A stretch of DNA of 64,000 bases, from positions 36,097 to 100,096 of the IMG/VR virus record IMGVR_UViG_3300045391_006216. The stretch is one strand, 5' to 3'. A model generated the notes under the pieces. That model worked only from the letters and a program-made list of their open reading frames with translations. It made no database searches and was not told the origin of the DNA. Made by a program: the position numbers and the translations under genes. This DNA comes from a virus. Of the stretch, positions 9,714-20,334 are shown in pieces; within the stretch, counting starts at the first letter, position 1, and every line of letters starts with the position of its first letter.

Positions 9714-10125
9714 CGGTGGCTGCATCTTCAAGCAGCTTAACTGCTGCAATCAAATCTCTTTCTTTGGCATACTTCGTCAGCACGATGACAACTTCGTCGA
9801 TCGTGTAGCCATTAGCCTCTACGATGCAAAGAACGTCAACAAACACTGGCGTTAAGGCTTCAATTCGGTTTTCTTGCAGTTGCTCTTGAATTTCGGCCAA
9901 TTGCACTAAATTATGTTTTTGCTGTTGAATTTGCACGACATTAACTGCTTCTTCAAGCAGCTTAACTGCTGCACTTAATTTGCGCTCCTTAGCATACTTG
10001 CTTAATACAATTAAAACTTCATCTATTCTGTATCCATTAGACTCAACGATACACAGGACATCTGCAATAACTGGCGTCAGCGCTTTGATTCTGCTTTCTT
10101 GGAGTCTTTCGTGTAGCTCGTTCAT
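9646..10125 (-). CDS. hypothetical protein made of two tandem ~60-aa copies
   Basis: LQExRIxALTPV..DVLCIVExNGYxIDEV...AAVKLLE occurs twice. Confidence 0.65.
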   Translation of the reverse strand: MNELHERLQESRIKALTPVIADVLCIVESNGYRIDEVLIVLSKYAKERKLSAAVKLLEEAVNVVQIQQQKHNLVQLAEIQEQLQENRIEALTPVFVDVLCIVEANGYTIDEVVIVLTKYAKERDLIAAVKLLEDAATAIQQQYQQSNVVALPALSYREI

Positions 10126-10181
10126 GTTTGTTGCTGCTGATGTTGGATTTGGCTAAATAAAATATTACGGCGGTAAAAAAA

Positions 10182-10442
10182 TTAACTTTTTGATAATTTA
10201 TCAAATTCTTGCTGGAATCCTAAATTAACTTGGAGGGCTTCTTGTACCCTTAATAAAGTTTCTTCCGGTATCACGCCTTGTTCCTTTTCAATGACGTGCC
10301 AGTGACCCTCTGATATTCCAGCTTCTTTGGCTATTTCTTTGAGTGTTCTTCTATCAAGCTTTCTTGCTGTTCTTATTCTGTTCCCCAATCCTTTAATCTC
10401 AATGTAAGTTGTCCGAGCAATCCGCATAGAATCTCCTATCAA
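10182..10442 (-). CDS. XRE/Cro-like HTH regulator
   Basis: LGNRIRTAR...TLKEIAKEAGISEGHWHVIE. Confidence 0.75.
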   Translation of the reverse strand: MIGDSMRIARTTYIEIKGLGNRIRTARKLDRRTLKEIAKEAGISEGHWHVIEKEQGVIPEETLLRVQEALQVNLGFQQEFDKLSKS

Positions 10443-10566
10443 GCTGAATGCTGCATATATTCCAGACTTTCAGCAAATAATATCATATATGAAATGATGA
10501 ATATCACCTACAATATGATATTCTAATTAGTAGAGTTCTAATAAGTCATTCACACATAACTAATAT

Positions 10567-11703
10567 ATGCCTATTTCTGGTCTGACAAACCGTTACGATG
10601 CAAATTTCAATCCTCTAGGCAGGATAGAGGTATCTGCATTTAAAGGCAGTCGCAAGGTAAAAAATAGGACTGACGGAGGGAAAGAATACGAGGGTTATGG
10701 CAAAGATCTGGGACGTAATATCCGCTTGGTTACTACTAATAGAGAAGCCTCTATCATTTTCTCCAAAAGTTATGGGAATCCCGATGGCAATGGAGATTTT
10801 CTGATTCAAGCTCTGGATATATATCTGCCTTTTGATGAGGTGGATAGAACTTTCGCGACTTCAATGTCTAGCTATAAAGGGTCAGGGTTGCAATTGGTGT
10901 GCGATCGCACAAATATCCTTAAAAAATCTGTGACGTTCCAGGACAAAAAAGGGCAGTATCCCAAACTTGTGGATTGTCACGATACGCCTTGTCCCATGCA
11001 AGGGCAATCGTTATCTATGCAGTGTCAGCATGGGTGTAAAGCTGAAGGAAAGTTATATTTCTACGTCAAGGAGTTGCTAGATAACGACTTGATGATTCCT
11101 GGGCAAATGACTCTTCATTCTCTGGAAGACATTAGTTATCTGGATATCAAATTACGAGAATTCAAGGAGATGCTAGGAAGTATTACCAACGCTCCTTTTC
11201 CTTGTTCCCAGTACAAACATAAAGTCCCATTTATTTTGACTAGAACTGAGATTAAAACTAAAGTCCCGATTTTTGAAAATGGTCTGCGTACTGGGAAAAG
11301 AGGGGATAAGACAATTTATGCAATGTCAATTCAGATTGACCCCAACTATATGGCACTGCGTAGGGCTTGGATTGAATTCAACGAGTATCAAGCCCGACAG
11401 ATTCCAGTATCTCAGTCTGTGGTGAAGGGTCTGCTTCGGGGAGATGCAAGGGCTATTGATTATATAGATGTCGATGTTCAGGTGGTTGAGCCAGTCAAGA
11501 TGCTTGAACCAGCTTCAGAGTGGCATAAGTGGAAAAGTCCCCAAGATGCGATCGCCTGGGCCAAGAAGAAGCTACCACACGCAACAGACGATCAACTGTG
11601 GCAAGAGTTTAATAAGTTGACCCCGATCAACGGTAAAAAAGCTCCTGCTTGGTATGCCTTAATCCAGTCAGTCCGTGATGATAAGAAAAATTATGCAGAC
11701 TAA
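10567..11703 (+). CDS. Gp3-like 'recombination directionality factor' family / recombination protein
   Basis: MPISGLT..PLGRI start, Cys cluster CD...CPM...CQHGCK, position at the head of the early operon; recognised by eye. Confidence 0.5.
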   Translation: MPISGLTNRYDANFNPLGRIEVSAFKGSRKVKNRTDGGKEYEGYGKDLGRNIRLVTTNREASIIFSKSYGNPDGNGDFLIQALDIYLPFDEVDRTFATSMSSYKGSGLQLVCDRTNILKKSVTFQDKKGQYPKLVDCHDTPCPMQGQSLSMQCQHGCKAEGKLYFYVKELLDNDLMIPGQMTLHSLEDISYLDIKLREFKEMLGSITNAPFPCSQYKHKVPFILTRTEIKTKVPIFENGLRTGKRGDKTIYAMSIQIDPNYMALRRAWIEFNEYQARQIPVSQSVVKGLLRGDARAIDYIDVDVQVVEPVKMLEPASEWHKWKSPQDAIAWAKKKLPHATDDQLWQEFNKLTPINGKKAPAWYALIQSVRDDKKNYAD

Positions 11704-12109
11704 TCAAATTTCTCTCGAAACCGAAATGGCTTTAATAGCGATCGCCAAGCAACACTATCCCTACGCCCATTTCAAATTAAATTCAAACGTAGAAGAAAAT
11801 TGGGCAAATATTGACTTCGTGGCGTATTTCACCGAGTCTGCGCTGTGTGAAAGACCGTACGCTGACCCATGCCACGAATGGTATTCGATGGATGATTCTA
11901 GTTTTGGAGTTAGTTTTAATCCTCAAAGCACCTTTTTGTTTCTGTTTGGAGATTGGAGGGGCGCTAGTTTAACCCTCCATTACGACGGATGTGAATATCT
12001 CTGGAGCGATGAAGGCAAAGATATTCCACGTCCTTATCCCGATGGGGATAAGTTTGAAGCAATTGCTCAACAGATATATCCAATTTTGATAAAGGCTAGT
12101 GAGCAATGA
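11675..12109 (+). CDS. hypothetical protein
   Basis: ORF overlapping both neighbours in an operon. Confidence 0.5.
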   Translation: MMIRKIMQTNQISLETEMALIAIAKQHYPYAHFKLNSNVEENWANIDFVAYFTESALCERPYADPCHEWYSMDDSSFGVSFNPQSTFLFLFGDWRGASLTLHYDGCEYLWSDEGKDIPRPYPDGDKFEAIAQQIYPILIKASEQ

Positions 12110-12396
12110 AAAGAAGGTTTTATGGGTTTGGGTCAAACGAAATTGTTTTGCAGCATATCGCCCAGGTCAAAACATTACGGGATTTGTACCAGTTGTCTGA
12201 CGATATTTATTTGTCTGGAACAAATTTAGTTAAATTTTACCAATCTTCAACTGTAGATGGTATTTGGGAAATCCAAGATTTAACTGAATTAAGTAATACA
12301 AAAAGGCATTTATTTTTTACCAAGGAATCCTGGGAAGAAATAGGGGGATTAAGTGATGAGGAAAAAGCTTTAGCCGCAACCATTACTATTTTATGA
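12106..12396 (+). CDS. hypothetical protein
   Basis: ATGA overlap with the upstream gene. Confidence 0.5.
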   Translation: MKRRFYGFGSNEIVLQHIAQVKTLRDLYQLSDDIYLSGTNLVKFYQSSTVDGIWEIQDLTELSNTKRHLFFTKESWEEIGGLSDEEKALAATITIL

Positions 12397-12867
12397 AAGA
12401 GCGTCCTTTGTTATTTGCTTTGGGTGCGCGAAACTTGGAGACAGGCGTCATTTGATGATGCTGTATGTTTTGCTTATAAGGCGGATATGTCTTATAAATG
12501 CTTCCCCTCTGTCCCAAAGCTTGAGAAACTTGTAGCAGTAAATAGTGCGTGGAAACCTTCTATCCATATGCCAAAACAAGCCGCTTGTATTTGGCTTAAA
12601 ATAGTCAATATCCGAGTAGAAAAGTTGCAGAATATTACTCAAAAAGGTGCGATCGCAGAAGGGGTGAAAAAAGTTTTTAGGGATGCAAGTTATAACCAAC
12701 CAGCAAGAGAATTATATAAAGACTATCATTCAGGTGCTTTTGTTTACACACGCGCAAGAACGTCTTTTAAGAGTCTTTGGGAATCGATTAATGGGGCAAA
12801 TAGCTGGGTTATAGACCCTTGGATTTGGGTTGTGGAGTTCAAAAAATATGACGACGCAGGGACGTAA
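12393..12867 (+). pseudogene. ASCH/PUA-like phage protein (LWVRETW...WKPSIHMP family) with an N-terminal deletion/frameshift
   Basis: Family-typical start MKERPLLF at 12393 is out of frame with LWVRETW; the usual intervening segment is absent. Confidence 0.6.
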
Positions 12868-13396
12868 TGAAAATGGGAAATTTGCGCCTAAATCAAATGA
12901 ATTACGCATAGTCAGAAGTATTCGTACAACAGATTTCACCTGGGAACTATTAGGTGAATTAGCACAAAATGAGGGATTAACTAGAGCAGATTTATTGGAA
13001 GAATTAGGTACAATTATGATAGCTTCAGAGAAACTTTTTTTGTCAGGACGCGTGCCTCAAGAACTTTGGGAAGCAGTTGATAATAATGCTAAGTTGACTA
13101 GTCGGACGCGTACTCAGGTAATGATTGCCGCAATTACTCAATATCTGAATCTACCAAATTCTGCTGATGATTGTCACTCAAAAGTTGCGGAAATAGAGCA
13201 ATTAGAAAACAAGCTTCAACAAGTAGAAGAAAGTTTGGGGCGTCTGACAGAACAAAATGCCCAACTACTTCAAAAATATGAAGATTTAGAAAGCCGCTTA
13301 TCAATAATTGAATCTGTTAAATCTGATAACTCAAAAAAATCTATGTTCCCAGTTGATGATATTTGGAACAAGCATTACGGAAATGGCAAAAAATGA
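12848..13396 (+). CDS. ribbon-helix-helix (CopG-like) double-domain protein with coiled coil
   Basis: RSIRTTDFTWELL and SGRVPQELWEAV RHH-like segments. Confidence 0.5.
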   Translation: MTTQGRNENGKFAPKSNELRIVRSIRTTDFTWELLGELAQNEGLTRADLLEELGTIMIASEKLFLSGRVPQELWEAVDNNAKLTSRTRTQVMIAAITQYLNLPNSADDCHSKVAEIEQLENKLQQVEESLGRLTEQNAQLLQKYEDLESRLSIIESVKSDNSKKSMFPVDDIWNKHYGNGKK

Positions 13397-13468
13397 GCGG
13401 CGCAAAACAGTATAGAGAAAGGTGCGATCGCTGTAAGAAGTTCGTGAATATTGGGATAAAAGCGTCCA

Positions 13469-14035
13469 ATGACAAAAATGACAATCAATCAGGCTATTAA
13501 AATTTTAGGATTAAAGTCTCCTTTTTCTATGGCAGAGTTAAAAACTGCTTATCGAAAATTATGTTTGCTTACACATCCAGATTGTGGAGGTAAATCTGAA
13601 AATTTTATAGCAGTTGACTCAGCCTATGATTTGCTAAAAACTTATACTAATGATTTTAAAGATATCAATGACGAATACTGGGAGAAATATTGGAATAAGC
13701 GAATCAAAAACCTTGAAAAAGAATTCGCTAAGTCCTGGAAGCAGACTTTTGAAATTGCTAAATCAGAAAAAAATGGAATGTGGTTTTCTACATGTATAGA
13801 GCGTTTTGCCCGTGCCTACATGCGTCCTAGAGTTGAATGGTTTCAAGGCGTATTGTTTCAAGATGCAACAACCGAAGCCAAGAATTTATATCGAGAACTA
13901 CTGCTAGAAATTGCTCCCAATCAACGTTTACGGGAGCAATGGGCAATTAAATATTATCGTTTGGAGTTTGGTTATGAAACTCCATACACGTTCTATTTAC
14001 CACCAGCTAAGGAATTATTAAATGCAAGTACTTGA
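13469..14035 (+). CDS. J-domain (DnaJ-like) protein
   Basis: ILGL...ELKTAYRKL...HPD.GG motif. Confidence 0.85.
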   Translation: MTKMTINQAIKILGLKSPFSMAELKTAYRKLCLLTHPDCGGKSENFIAVDSAYDLLKTYTNDFKDINDEYWEKYWNKRIKNLEKEFAKSWKQTFEIAKSEKNGMWFSTCIERFARAYMRPRVEWFQGVLFQDATTEAKNLYRELLLEIAPNQRLREQWAIKYYRLEFGYETPYTFYLPPAKELLNAST

Positions 14036-14657
14036 GAGACATCCATTAAACTTTTACGAGTCGCCGTCATGGTTCACGACTGAATTACTGCGCTACGTGA
14101 AAATTGAAGGAGTAGTGGGAGAACCGTGTGTGGGTGGTGGTGCGATCGCATCTCTGTTAAATGTGTGGCCCCACACCAGAGGCATCTGGACAAATGACAT
14201 CGACCCCAAAAAACAAGCTGATTACCATCTAGATGCAACGCTATCTAAGTCTTGGGAAGAGTTTCCCAATGCCGATTGGATAGTGACCAACCCACCATAC
14301 TCAGAATTTGCAGCGCCCATCATTAAAAATGCTTACCAGAGAGCGCGTGTAGGCGTCGCAGCGTTTTTGTTGACTAGTTTTTTGGAACCCTGCGACGATA
14401 GGGCAGAATTCTTAGAGAAAAATCCGCCGAATTTAGTGCTGGTTTTTCCCCGATACTGCTTTCGCAAGGATAAGAGGGGTATTCGGTGGGCTACTGATAA
14501 CATTACTATCTCATGTTTTGTTTGGGATAAGCGATTGACTACACAACGTATTATCGTCCGTTCCAAGCACCAAATCATTGGGTTTTATAAAACTCCTGAT
14601 GCTGCTATTAGTCAGGAAAAAGCGGAAGATATTGTAAGAGCGATCGCTGCACAGTAG
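14022..14657 (+). CDS. phage-type DNA amino-methyltransferase (NPPY)
   Basis: FYESP, EPCVGGGAI (SAM-binding), TNPPY catalytic motif. Confidence 0.8.
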   Translation: MQVLERHPLNFYESPSWFTTELLRYVKIEGVVGEPCVGGGAIASLLNVWPHTRGIWTNDIDPKKQADYHLDATLSKSWEEFPNADWIVTNPPYSEFAAPIIKNAYQRARVGVAAFLLTSFLEPCDDRAEFLEKNPPNLVLVFPRYCFRKDKRGIRWATDNITISCFVWDKRLTTQRIIVRSKHQIIGFYKTPDAAISQEKAEDIVRAIAAQ

Positions 14658-14667
14658 AAGAAAATAA

Positions 14668-15408
14668 ATGCGAAAAATAATTGGTAAGAACCTAAAAGAA
14701 CTCCGTGAAATGGCGAAAGAATATAACATTAAAGGTCGCAGCAAAATGAATTATGAATCATTGCAGCGAGAACTATGGAAAGTCGTTTATGGAGAAAATT
14801 ATATCCCTAAAAATAGAGAAGAATCATCTGAATTTTTGCTATTACATCCGAATCATCTGGTTCAAAATATCTCAGATATGTGGATGACGTATGGCGGGAA
14901 AAAGATTGTTGAAGCCTTAGAAACAGTTAGTAGATGTCATGCCACAACATTGCATGAAAAGTCAAACCAAAATCCTGTTTTTACGATGTCTCAAGCATTG
15001 GGAGATCAAGCATTGGAAGATATGGTTAAAGCGAATGTAGCAGCAATCTACTCTAACATTTCTTGCTTGTCTGTCGTATTACAAAATATTGAGAATCAGT
15101 ATTATGCTGAAAAATATTTAGAGAAATGGGAGGGAGATGTGCTTTATCTCGTTTCTGAGCAAGGATTTTTATCTGAAAATCAAGCTCCTTTTCAGTTATT
15201 TTTCTACCAATCAGGAAAAACTCGCCCTAACAATACCTCTGGATGGATATTGTTAAAATCTGGGCAAAAAGAATTAGCTAAAAACTTAATTAAGCAACGC
15301 TGGGAATACGATGAAAGTAGTGAATGCTATTGGGTATCAATTTCGGAAGTTGAATCATTAAAAGAATATTTGGATGTTATTGAAGTGAGTGGAGGCATGA
15401 ATGATTAA
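14668..15408 (+). CDS. hypothetical protein with Rho-N-like helical N-terminus
   Basis: LKELREMAKEYNIKGRSKM motif. Confidence 0.55.
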   Translation: MRKIIGKNLKELREMAKEYNIKGRSKMNYESLQRELWKVVYGENYIPKNREESSEFLLLHPNHLVQNISDMWMTYGGKKIVEALETVSRCHATTLHEKSNQNPVFTMSQALGDQALEDMVKANVAAIYSNISCLSVVLQNIENQYYAEKYLEKWEGDVLYLVSEQGFLSENQAPFQLFFYQSGKTRPNNTSGWILLKSGQKELAKNLIKQRWEYDESSECYWVSISEVESLKEYLDVIEVSGGMND

Positions 15409-15822
15409 AGCAATATGACTTTGGGAACCTTGGGCAAGTTTAATCGGTATGGAAGTGAAACGATATGAAACCCGCTCTTGGGGCACAGATTATCGCGGTC
15501 GCCTGCTAATTTGTGCTGCCAAGAAAAAGAGTTCAGAGCAAAAATATGCCTGGACTTATTTAAGAAATAAGCACTTTGCTAACGAGCAAAAAACTTTTGA
15601 ATCATTACCGTTTGGGTGTGCGATCGCACTAGTTAACCTTGTCGATTGCATTCAAATGACCCCCAATTAATTAACCAACAGTCTCAAAGAGAAAGAGATT
15701 GTGGTGATTGGCAAGTAGGGAGATTTGCTTGGAAGTTAGAAATTGTAAGTTTGGTTGAAAATGTTTCTGTAATTGGGAAACAAGGATTGTTTGTAGTTGA
15801 TATTGAATTGAATTACAAATGA
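15401..15822 (+). pseudogene. ASCH-domain pseudogene
   Basis: MIKAI*LWEPWA...KRYETRSW..YRGRLLI; in-frame TGA at 15416 and a frameshift near 15660 before GDWQVGRFAW...GKQGLF. Confidence 0.75.
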
Positions 15823-15850
15823 AGGAGGAATTGAGTGAAGTATCCATGTA

Positions 15851-16177
15851 ATGATTGTCCATTTAGAAAAAAACGTGAGGTATGTACTTTGCACTGAAAA
15901 AGTGAACAGTATTTTAAATGCAATTACTCACGATGGCGCTTTCCACTGCCACAAAACTTTAGATTATTCCCAATCGTTTGAAGGGAAAGTTACCAAAGAT
16001 TCAAAGCTATGTTTTGGGGCAGTATTATTCTTAGAGAATACTGTGCGTGGTGGTTGTCGGTCTAATGTGGCTTTTCGATCTGGATTAAGAGCAAAGGAAT
16101 TTACTCTTACTGATTTACGTCAAGATGCAAACATTTATGATTCTTTTGAAGAGTTTTTAAAAGGAGTTTCGCTGTGA
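15851..16177 (+). CDS. Cys-rich phage protein (FHCHKT motif), possibly 5'-damaged
   Basis: FHCHKT...CFGA motif; a Cys-rich start just upstream lies in another frame. Confidence 0.45.
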   Translation: MIVHLEKNVRYVLCTEKVNSILNAITHDGAFHCHKTLDYSQSFEGKVTKDSKLCFGAVLFLENTVRGGCRSNVAFRSGLRAKEFTLTDLRQDANIYDSFEEFLKGVSL

Positions 16178-16419
16178 CTTCCTTGCAAGATAAATCAAGA
16201 AACAGATGACATACCTTTTTGAAAATATAAAATGACGAAACGTTTTTTTGCTCGAAGAGTAAATGGCTTTTACGGAATATTTGATAAAGTTCAAAAAAAC
16301 TTTCTTACAAATGAGCAAGGTATCATGTTTGGATTCAAGCGAAAATATGAAGCTTCCGCTTATATTCAAGAGCATGAAAAAGAGATTTTATCCTACATTG
16401 CGAAAACAGGACTTTCATC

Positions 16420-17394
16420 ATGAGTACTAATATTCAGTGGACAGATGAAACGATTAATCCAATAGTCGGTTGCTCTCGCGTTAGTCCCGGATGTGCAAAC
16501 TGTTATGCATCCACCGCAGCGGCATCAGCAAGACTGCAACAATTCCCCCAATATCAAAAAGTTAAAGATTGGGATGGTACTGTAGAGTTTGTAGAGTCGC
16601 AGTTACTCAAACCACTTTCGTGGAAGAAACCCAAGCGGATATTTGTCTGCTCAATGTCTGACCTATTCCATGAAAATGTACCCGACGAGTGGCGCGATCG
16701 CATTTTTACAGTAATGGCACTGACTCCGCATCATGCATACCAATTGCTAACTAAGCGTCCTGAGAATGCGCTTCGGTATTTATCTGATTTGAAATTAAGA
16801 TGGTACGCAATTGCTAAACAAGCAATGCAGATTGAAGTATTGAAATCAATTCCTGCTGAATTTTACTTGCCTCTTGATAATGTTTGGGTAGGAACAACGA
16901 TTGAAAATCAGGCAATGGCAGATAAGCGCATTCCTGTGCTGCTCCAAATTCCTGCTGCTGTGCGTTGGCTAAGCATCGAGCCACTATTAGAGAAAATAGC
17001 TTTGGATAGGTATACCCACTCCGATGGTGTTGGATGGTTTGGCAATCAAATTCGATGCAGTATATGTGGTAATGCAGGTATCCGCCCAAGGAATAAATCC
17101 TATTCTCGGTGCTGGATTTGCAGTATAGGCAAAATGCAAGAATTTGATTCAGGAATCTCTTGGTGTGTGATTGGAGGTGAATCTGGTAAAGGGGCGCGAC
17201 CTTGTCATGTCGAGTGGGTGCGATCGCTTGTTAAGCAGTGCGAATTCGCCAAAGTTCCAGTATTTGTGAAGCAACTGGGAGCAAATCCTATTATCTGTGC
17301 TTCTCAAATGAACTTGTGCGACGCAAAAGGTGGGGATATTGCTGAATTTCCAGAAGATTTACAAATTAGGGAGTTTCCAAATGGGCGAGTCTAA
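16420..17394 (+). CDS. phage Gp37/Gp68 (DUF5131) radical-SAM-like protein
   Basis: IQWTDETINPIVGC..VSPGCANCYA, IFVCSMSDLFH, LLTKRP, SIEPLL, IGGESG, FVKQLG. Confidence 0.9.
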   Translation: MSTNIQWTDETINPIVGCSRVSPGCANCYASTAAASARLQQFPQYQKVKDWDGTVEFVESQLLKPLSWKKPKRIFVCSMSDLFHENVPDEWRDRIFTVMALTPHHAYQLLTKRPENALRYLSDLKLRWYAIAKQAMQIEVLKSIPAEFYLPLDNVWVGTTIENQAMADKRIPVLLQIPAAVRWLSIEPLLEKIALDRYTHSDGVGWFGNQIRCSICGNAGIRPRNKSYSRCWICSIGKMQEFDSGISWCVIGGESGKGARPCHVEWVRSLVKQCEFAKVPVFVKQLGANPIICASQMNLCDAKGGDIAEFPEDLQIREFPNGRV

Positions 17395-17749
17395 GCGTAG
17401 AAAACAAATACTTGGGGATAACTATGGAATTCCCAATATTAACGAACAAGTACAAGCATTTTGGGACTATATAGCTTTTTCAATTGAGAAAGCAAGAATT
17501 GATAAAGCCGACTACTTGATTACTCAATGTACAAACAACGATAGATATTTCCATCCAGATGCGATCGCGCAGGTAAAAAAAGAAATTGAACATTGGAAGT
17601 GCGATTTACATATCCCAATTATAATTCAAATGTTGCCCCAAGGATTTAGACCTTCTGAAACTAAATTGTTTGATGGGTTTATTACAGTTTGGTGCAATTC
17701 TCCTGATTTTGAAATTTGGAAAGTTTTATTTGAAACTGATATTAAATAA
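17381..17749 (+). CDS. hypothetical protein (MGESKRRK start)
   Basis: Typical cyanobacterial MGExKRRK N-terminus; overlaps the upstream gene. Confidence 0.5.
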   Translation: MGESKRRKQILGDNYGIPNINEQVQAFWDYIAFSIEKARIDKADYLITQCTNNDRYFHPDAIAQVKKEIEHWKCDLHIPIIIQMLPQGFRPSETKLFDGFITVWCNSPDFEIWKVLFETDIK

Positions 17750-17962
17750 TAAATAAGCGATGTTTATCAAGCATCGCTTACTTCCCAAATTTGACTTTTA
17801 GCTATTTCGCAACCTAAAAGTGGACTCTATCATTTTGCCATAAAAAAGCGATCGCTCCTGATTTATGCGATCGCTTTGTTTATATCCCAAAGATATAGAT
17901 ATGTCTTGCCACGATAACAACTCAATTAGTATACTTTAAATCACATGATTACCGCAAATTTA

Positions 17963-18328
17963 TTAACCATAATTTCCAAAATCTCCTCCAGAACCATAAT
18001 CGGACATTGTACCGGAATCGCCACCAGAACTATAATCAGATGTTGTGCTGTAATCCGAGCTAATTCCAGAACTAATTGCAGCATTGTTAATGATTTCTGT
18101 GCTTAAATCCGCACTGGTCGTTGTTGGTGAAGAGTAATAAGTACCAGATTGCTTTTTTTCAAATCGTTTACTTCGTTTTACAACTTCATCAGCGATATCA
18201 GTATTATTATTTGCTAATTTTGTATTTTCCCCGGCACTATCAACACCCATGAATATCATGGTTATAGCAATTGTAAACATTACGATTAAAATTGTAATTA
18301 CTAAAGCTGTTACTTCTTGGTAGCTCAT
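17963..18328 (-). CDS. membrane-anchored protein with Ser/Gly/Asp-rich tail
   Basis: N-terminal TM helix; DYSSGGD repeats. Confidence 0.55.
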   Translation of the reverse strand: MSYQEVTALVITILIVMFTIAITMIFMGVDSAGENTKLANNNTDIADEVVKRSKRFEKKQSGTYYSSPTTTSADLSTEIINNAAISSGISSDYSTTSDYSSGGDSGTMSDYGSGGDFGNYG

Positions 18329-18636
18329 TTTTGATTACCTCATTACTTTTCTCTAAGAAAATCCTCGTAAGCCTCTGTTAGTTTTTGGGTAAAATTCAGA
18401 TGCGATTGCGTTAATCTATCAACAATGCGATCGCACTATATTTATTTATCCAATAAATGAGTTCCCAGAGTACCTTCGGACTCTCTGCGATTCCTGCGAG
18501 ATCTATGTTTTTTATTGTTGGTAGTGATGATGGTTCTGGGTCGAAATACAAAGTCACTATTCAAATTGAAGAAGTTTAGATAAGTTGTCAGGTGCGATGC
18601 CTGCGGCGGGCTATGCCTACGCACTTTCATCCACGC

Positions 18637-19296
18637 TTACCAGCGGCCCAACAACCCACCTTCTATAAAATAATCTCTGAGTTCTTGCTCGGTTCGCCCA
18701 GAGAAAAATAGTTGAATGTCGTTGGAATTGGTAATCTGAGCTTGTGTCTCAAAGCTCCATAGTGGCGTACTCCTCATTTTTTCCATGATGCTTCTAGCAA
18801 TTGGAAACACGCTCAATGTTTCTCCAGTTACGCCGTGTTTTTCATTAATAAAGGGTATGCTGCGATCGCTGACTACCGCTTCACCATTTGCGCTAATTTC
18901 TTCAGGTGTTTCAAATTGCCCCAAATATAAAATTAACCCAAATAGTTTGGGATGTCCCGCATACTCAAAACTAAAAAATATTGGTTCGTCGTTAAACTCT
19001 AATCTATTAAGGTTGGATTCTGCTAATCCAAATCCATATAAAGTTCCACCATTTTGCATCTTAGCAGTGAATTTAAGCATATTTTTTACCCAGTATGGAT
19101 GCTTGGGAGGAAATTGTACGGGACGAGGATCTTCAGAATTTGTTCTAAACCTGATTCTCAGCATCAATACAACTTCCTGTACAAATCGCCAATTTTTGTT
19201 GGGTCTTGTTGGCTCAAGGGAGTGCCACCAAGTCTTATTTCCAATTCTTTCAACCGAGAAAATGCTTCTTCCGTGCTTACTGATTCCATACAGCAA
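18637..19296 (-). CDS. hypothetical protein (true start probably internal, MLKFTAK)
   Basis: ORF track; looks chimeric. Confidence 0.4.
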   Translation of the reverse strand: MLYGISKHGRSIFSVERIGNKTWWHSLEPTRPNKNWRFVQEVVLMLRIRFRTNSEDPRPVQFPPKHPYWVKNMLKFTAKMQNGGTLYGFGLAESNLNRLEFNDEPIFFSFEYAGHPKLFGLILYLGQFETPEEISANGEAVVSDRSIPFINEKHGVTGETLSVFPIARSIMEKMRSTPLWSFETQAQITNSNDIQLFFSGRTEQELRDYFIEGGLLGRW

Positions 19297-19634
19297 GGGG
19301 ATTTAACTGCGATCGCACCAAAATTCTTCTTTAATATTTCTACAATTTCGTTGCGCGTGTAACCGTGAATTAAATAATTTGAATGCGGGTATTCCAGTGG
19401 GGGATAACCAAGTTCTTGTCGTATCTTATTAACATTTTGAGCTTTTGGGAAAAACTCCAGTATTTGCAGTATATCCCCTTGGCCCATCAAATTTGAAAAC
19501 AACAAATGTAGTGAAATACGACCACCAAGGCAAGCGGGTGGAGTATCTTCACTATGAACTGCCACGCCACTGTTTTCGTTTAACCAGTTAATAGCGTTAG
19601 GGTAACAATCAAATTTAAAAACTTGGAGTTCCAT
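19164..19634 (-). CDS. hypothetical protein
   Basis: 156-aa ORF. Confidence 0.45.
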   Translation of the reverse strand: MELQVFKFDCYPNAINWLNENSGVAVHSEDTPPACLGGRISLHLLFSNLMGQGDILQILEFFPKAQNVNKIRQELGYPPLEYPHSNYLIHGYTRNEIVEILKKNFGAIAVKSPCCMESVSTEEAFSRLKELEIRLGGTPLSQQDPTKIGDLYRKLY

Positions 19635-20334
19635 AGGTTTATTCTGAGGGGAAAGATTTTACTTCGTCGGGTTTAACTTGATATTTTAGTGTTTTAATTG
19701 TAGATGCGAATACTGCGATTGTGTTTCAGAACTAAGCTATTTTCATAGTAAAATGATTATAATGCGACAAGCCTCTGCTGAACACAAATACACTTTAAAT
19801 CTCATACTCTAATTAGTTGGGAATCTCAAATTAAAGAAATAGAAGTGATTGCAAGTAGTGATGCTTCATGAGGCATCATTGTGGATTATTTTTCTTGCAA
19901 ATAAGCTTCTTCCTCGTCACACCATTTTTTCAACTCTTCGAGTATTCGCTGTTTAACTCCGCCAGATTTTTCACTTTCTGCTATTCCTCTGCGAATAACT
20001 AAAATTACTTCCTCTAAATCTTCCTCTGGTACGCTTAAAATCTCATTTGCCATTTATTAAACTCCTAAATTACTATCTTTCTTCACCGGACACCAATTGA
20101 TAGAGCCGATATCTTCATATTATCCTTTTCTGGTTCGTAAACTTTATAGTCTTCACCATCCTCGTTCAATTCTGGCAGCTTTTAGCCCATTTTTTCAATT
20201 GTTTAACCGTTGTGTTGTGATTTTCCCATTTGATTACTCCAGTTTAAAATCTGTAATTCGGGTAGATAGCATTTTTGGTGGTTAATTGTGTAGTTAATCT
20301 TTATAATAGGCTAGCATTGATAGTCACTATTAAC

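Noticed and set aside
18785-19362. Plus-strand ORFs of 173 and 102 aa
   Set aside because: Antisense to more plausible minus-strand genes; no motifs
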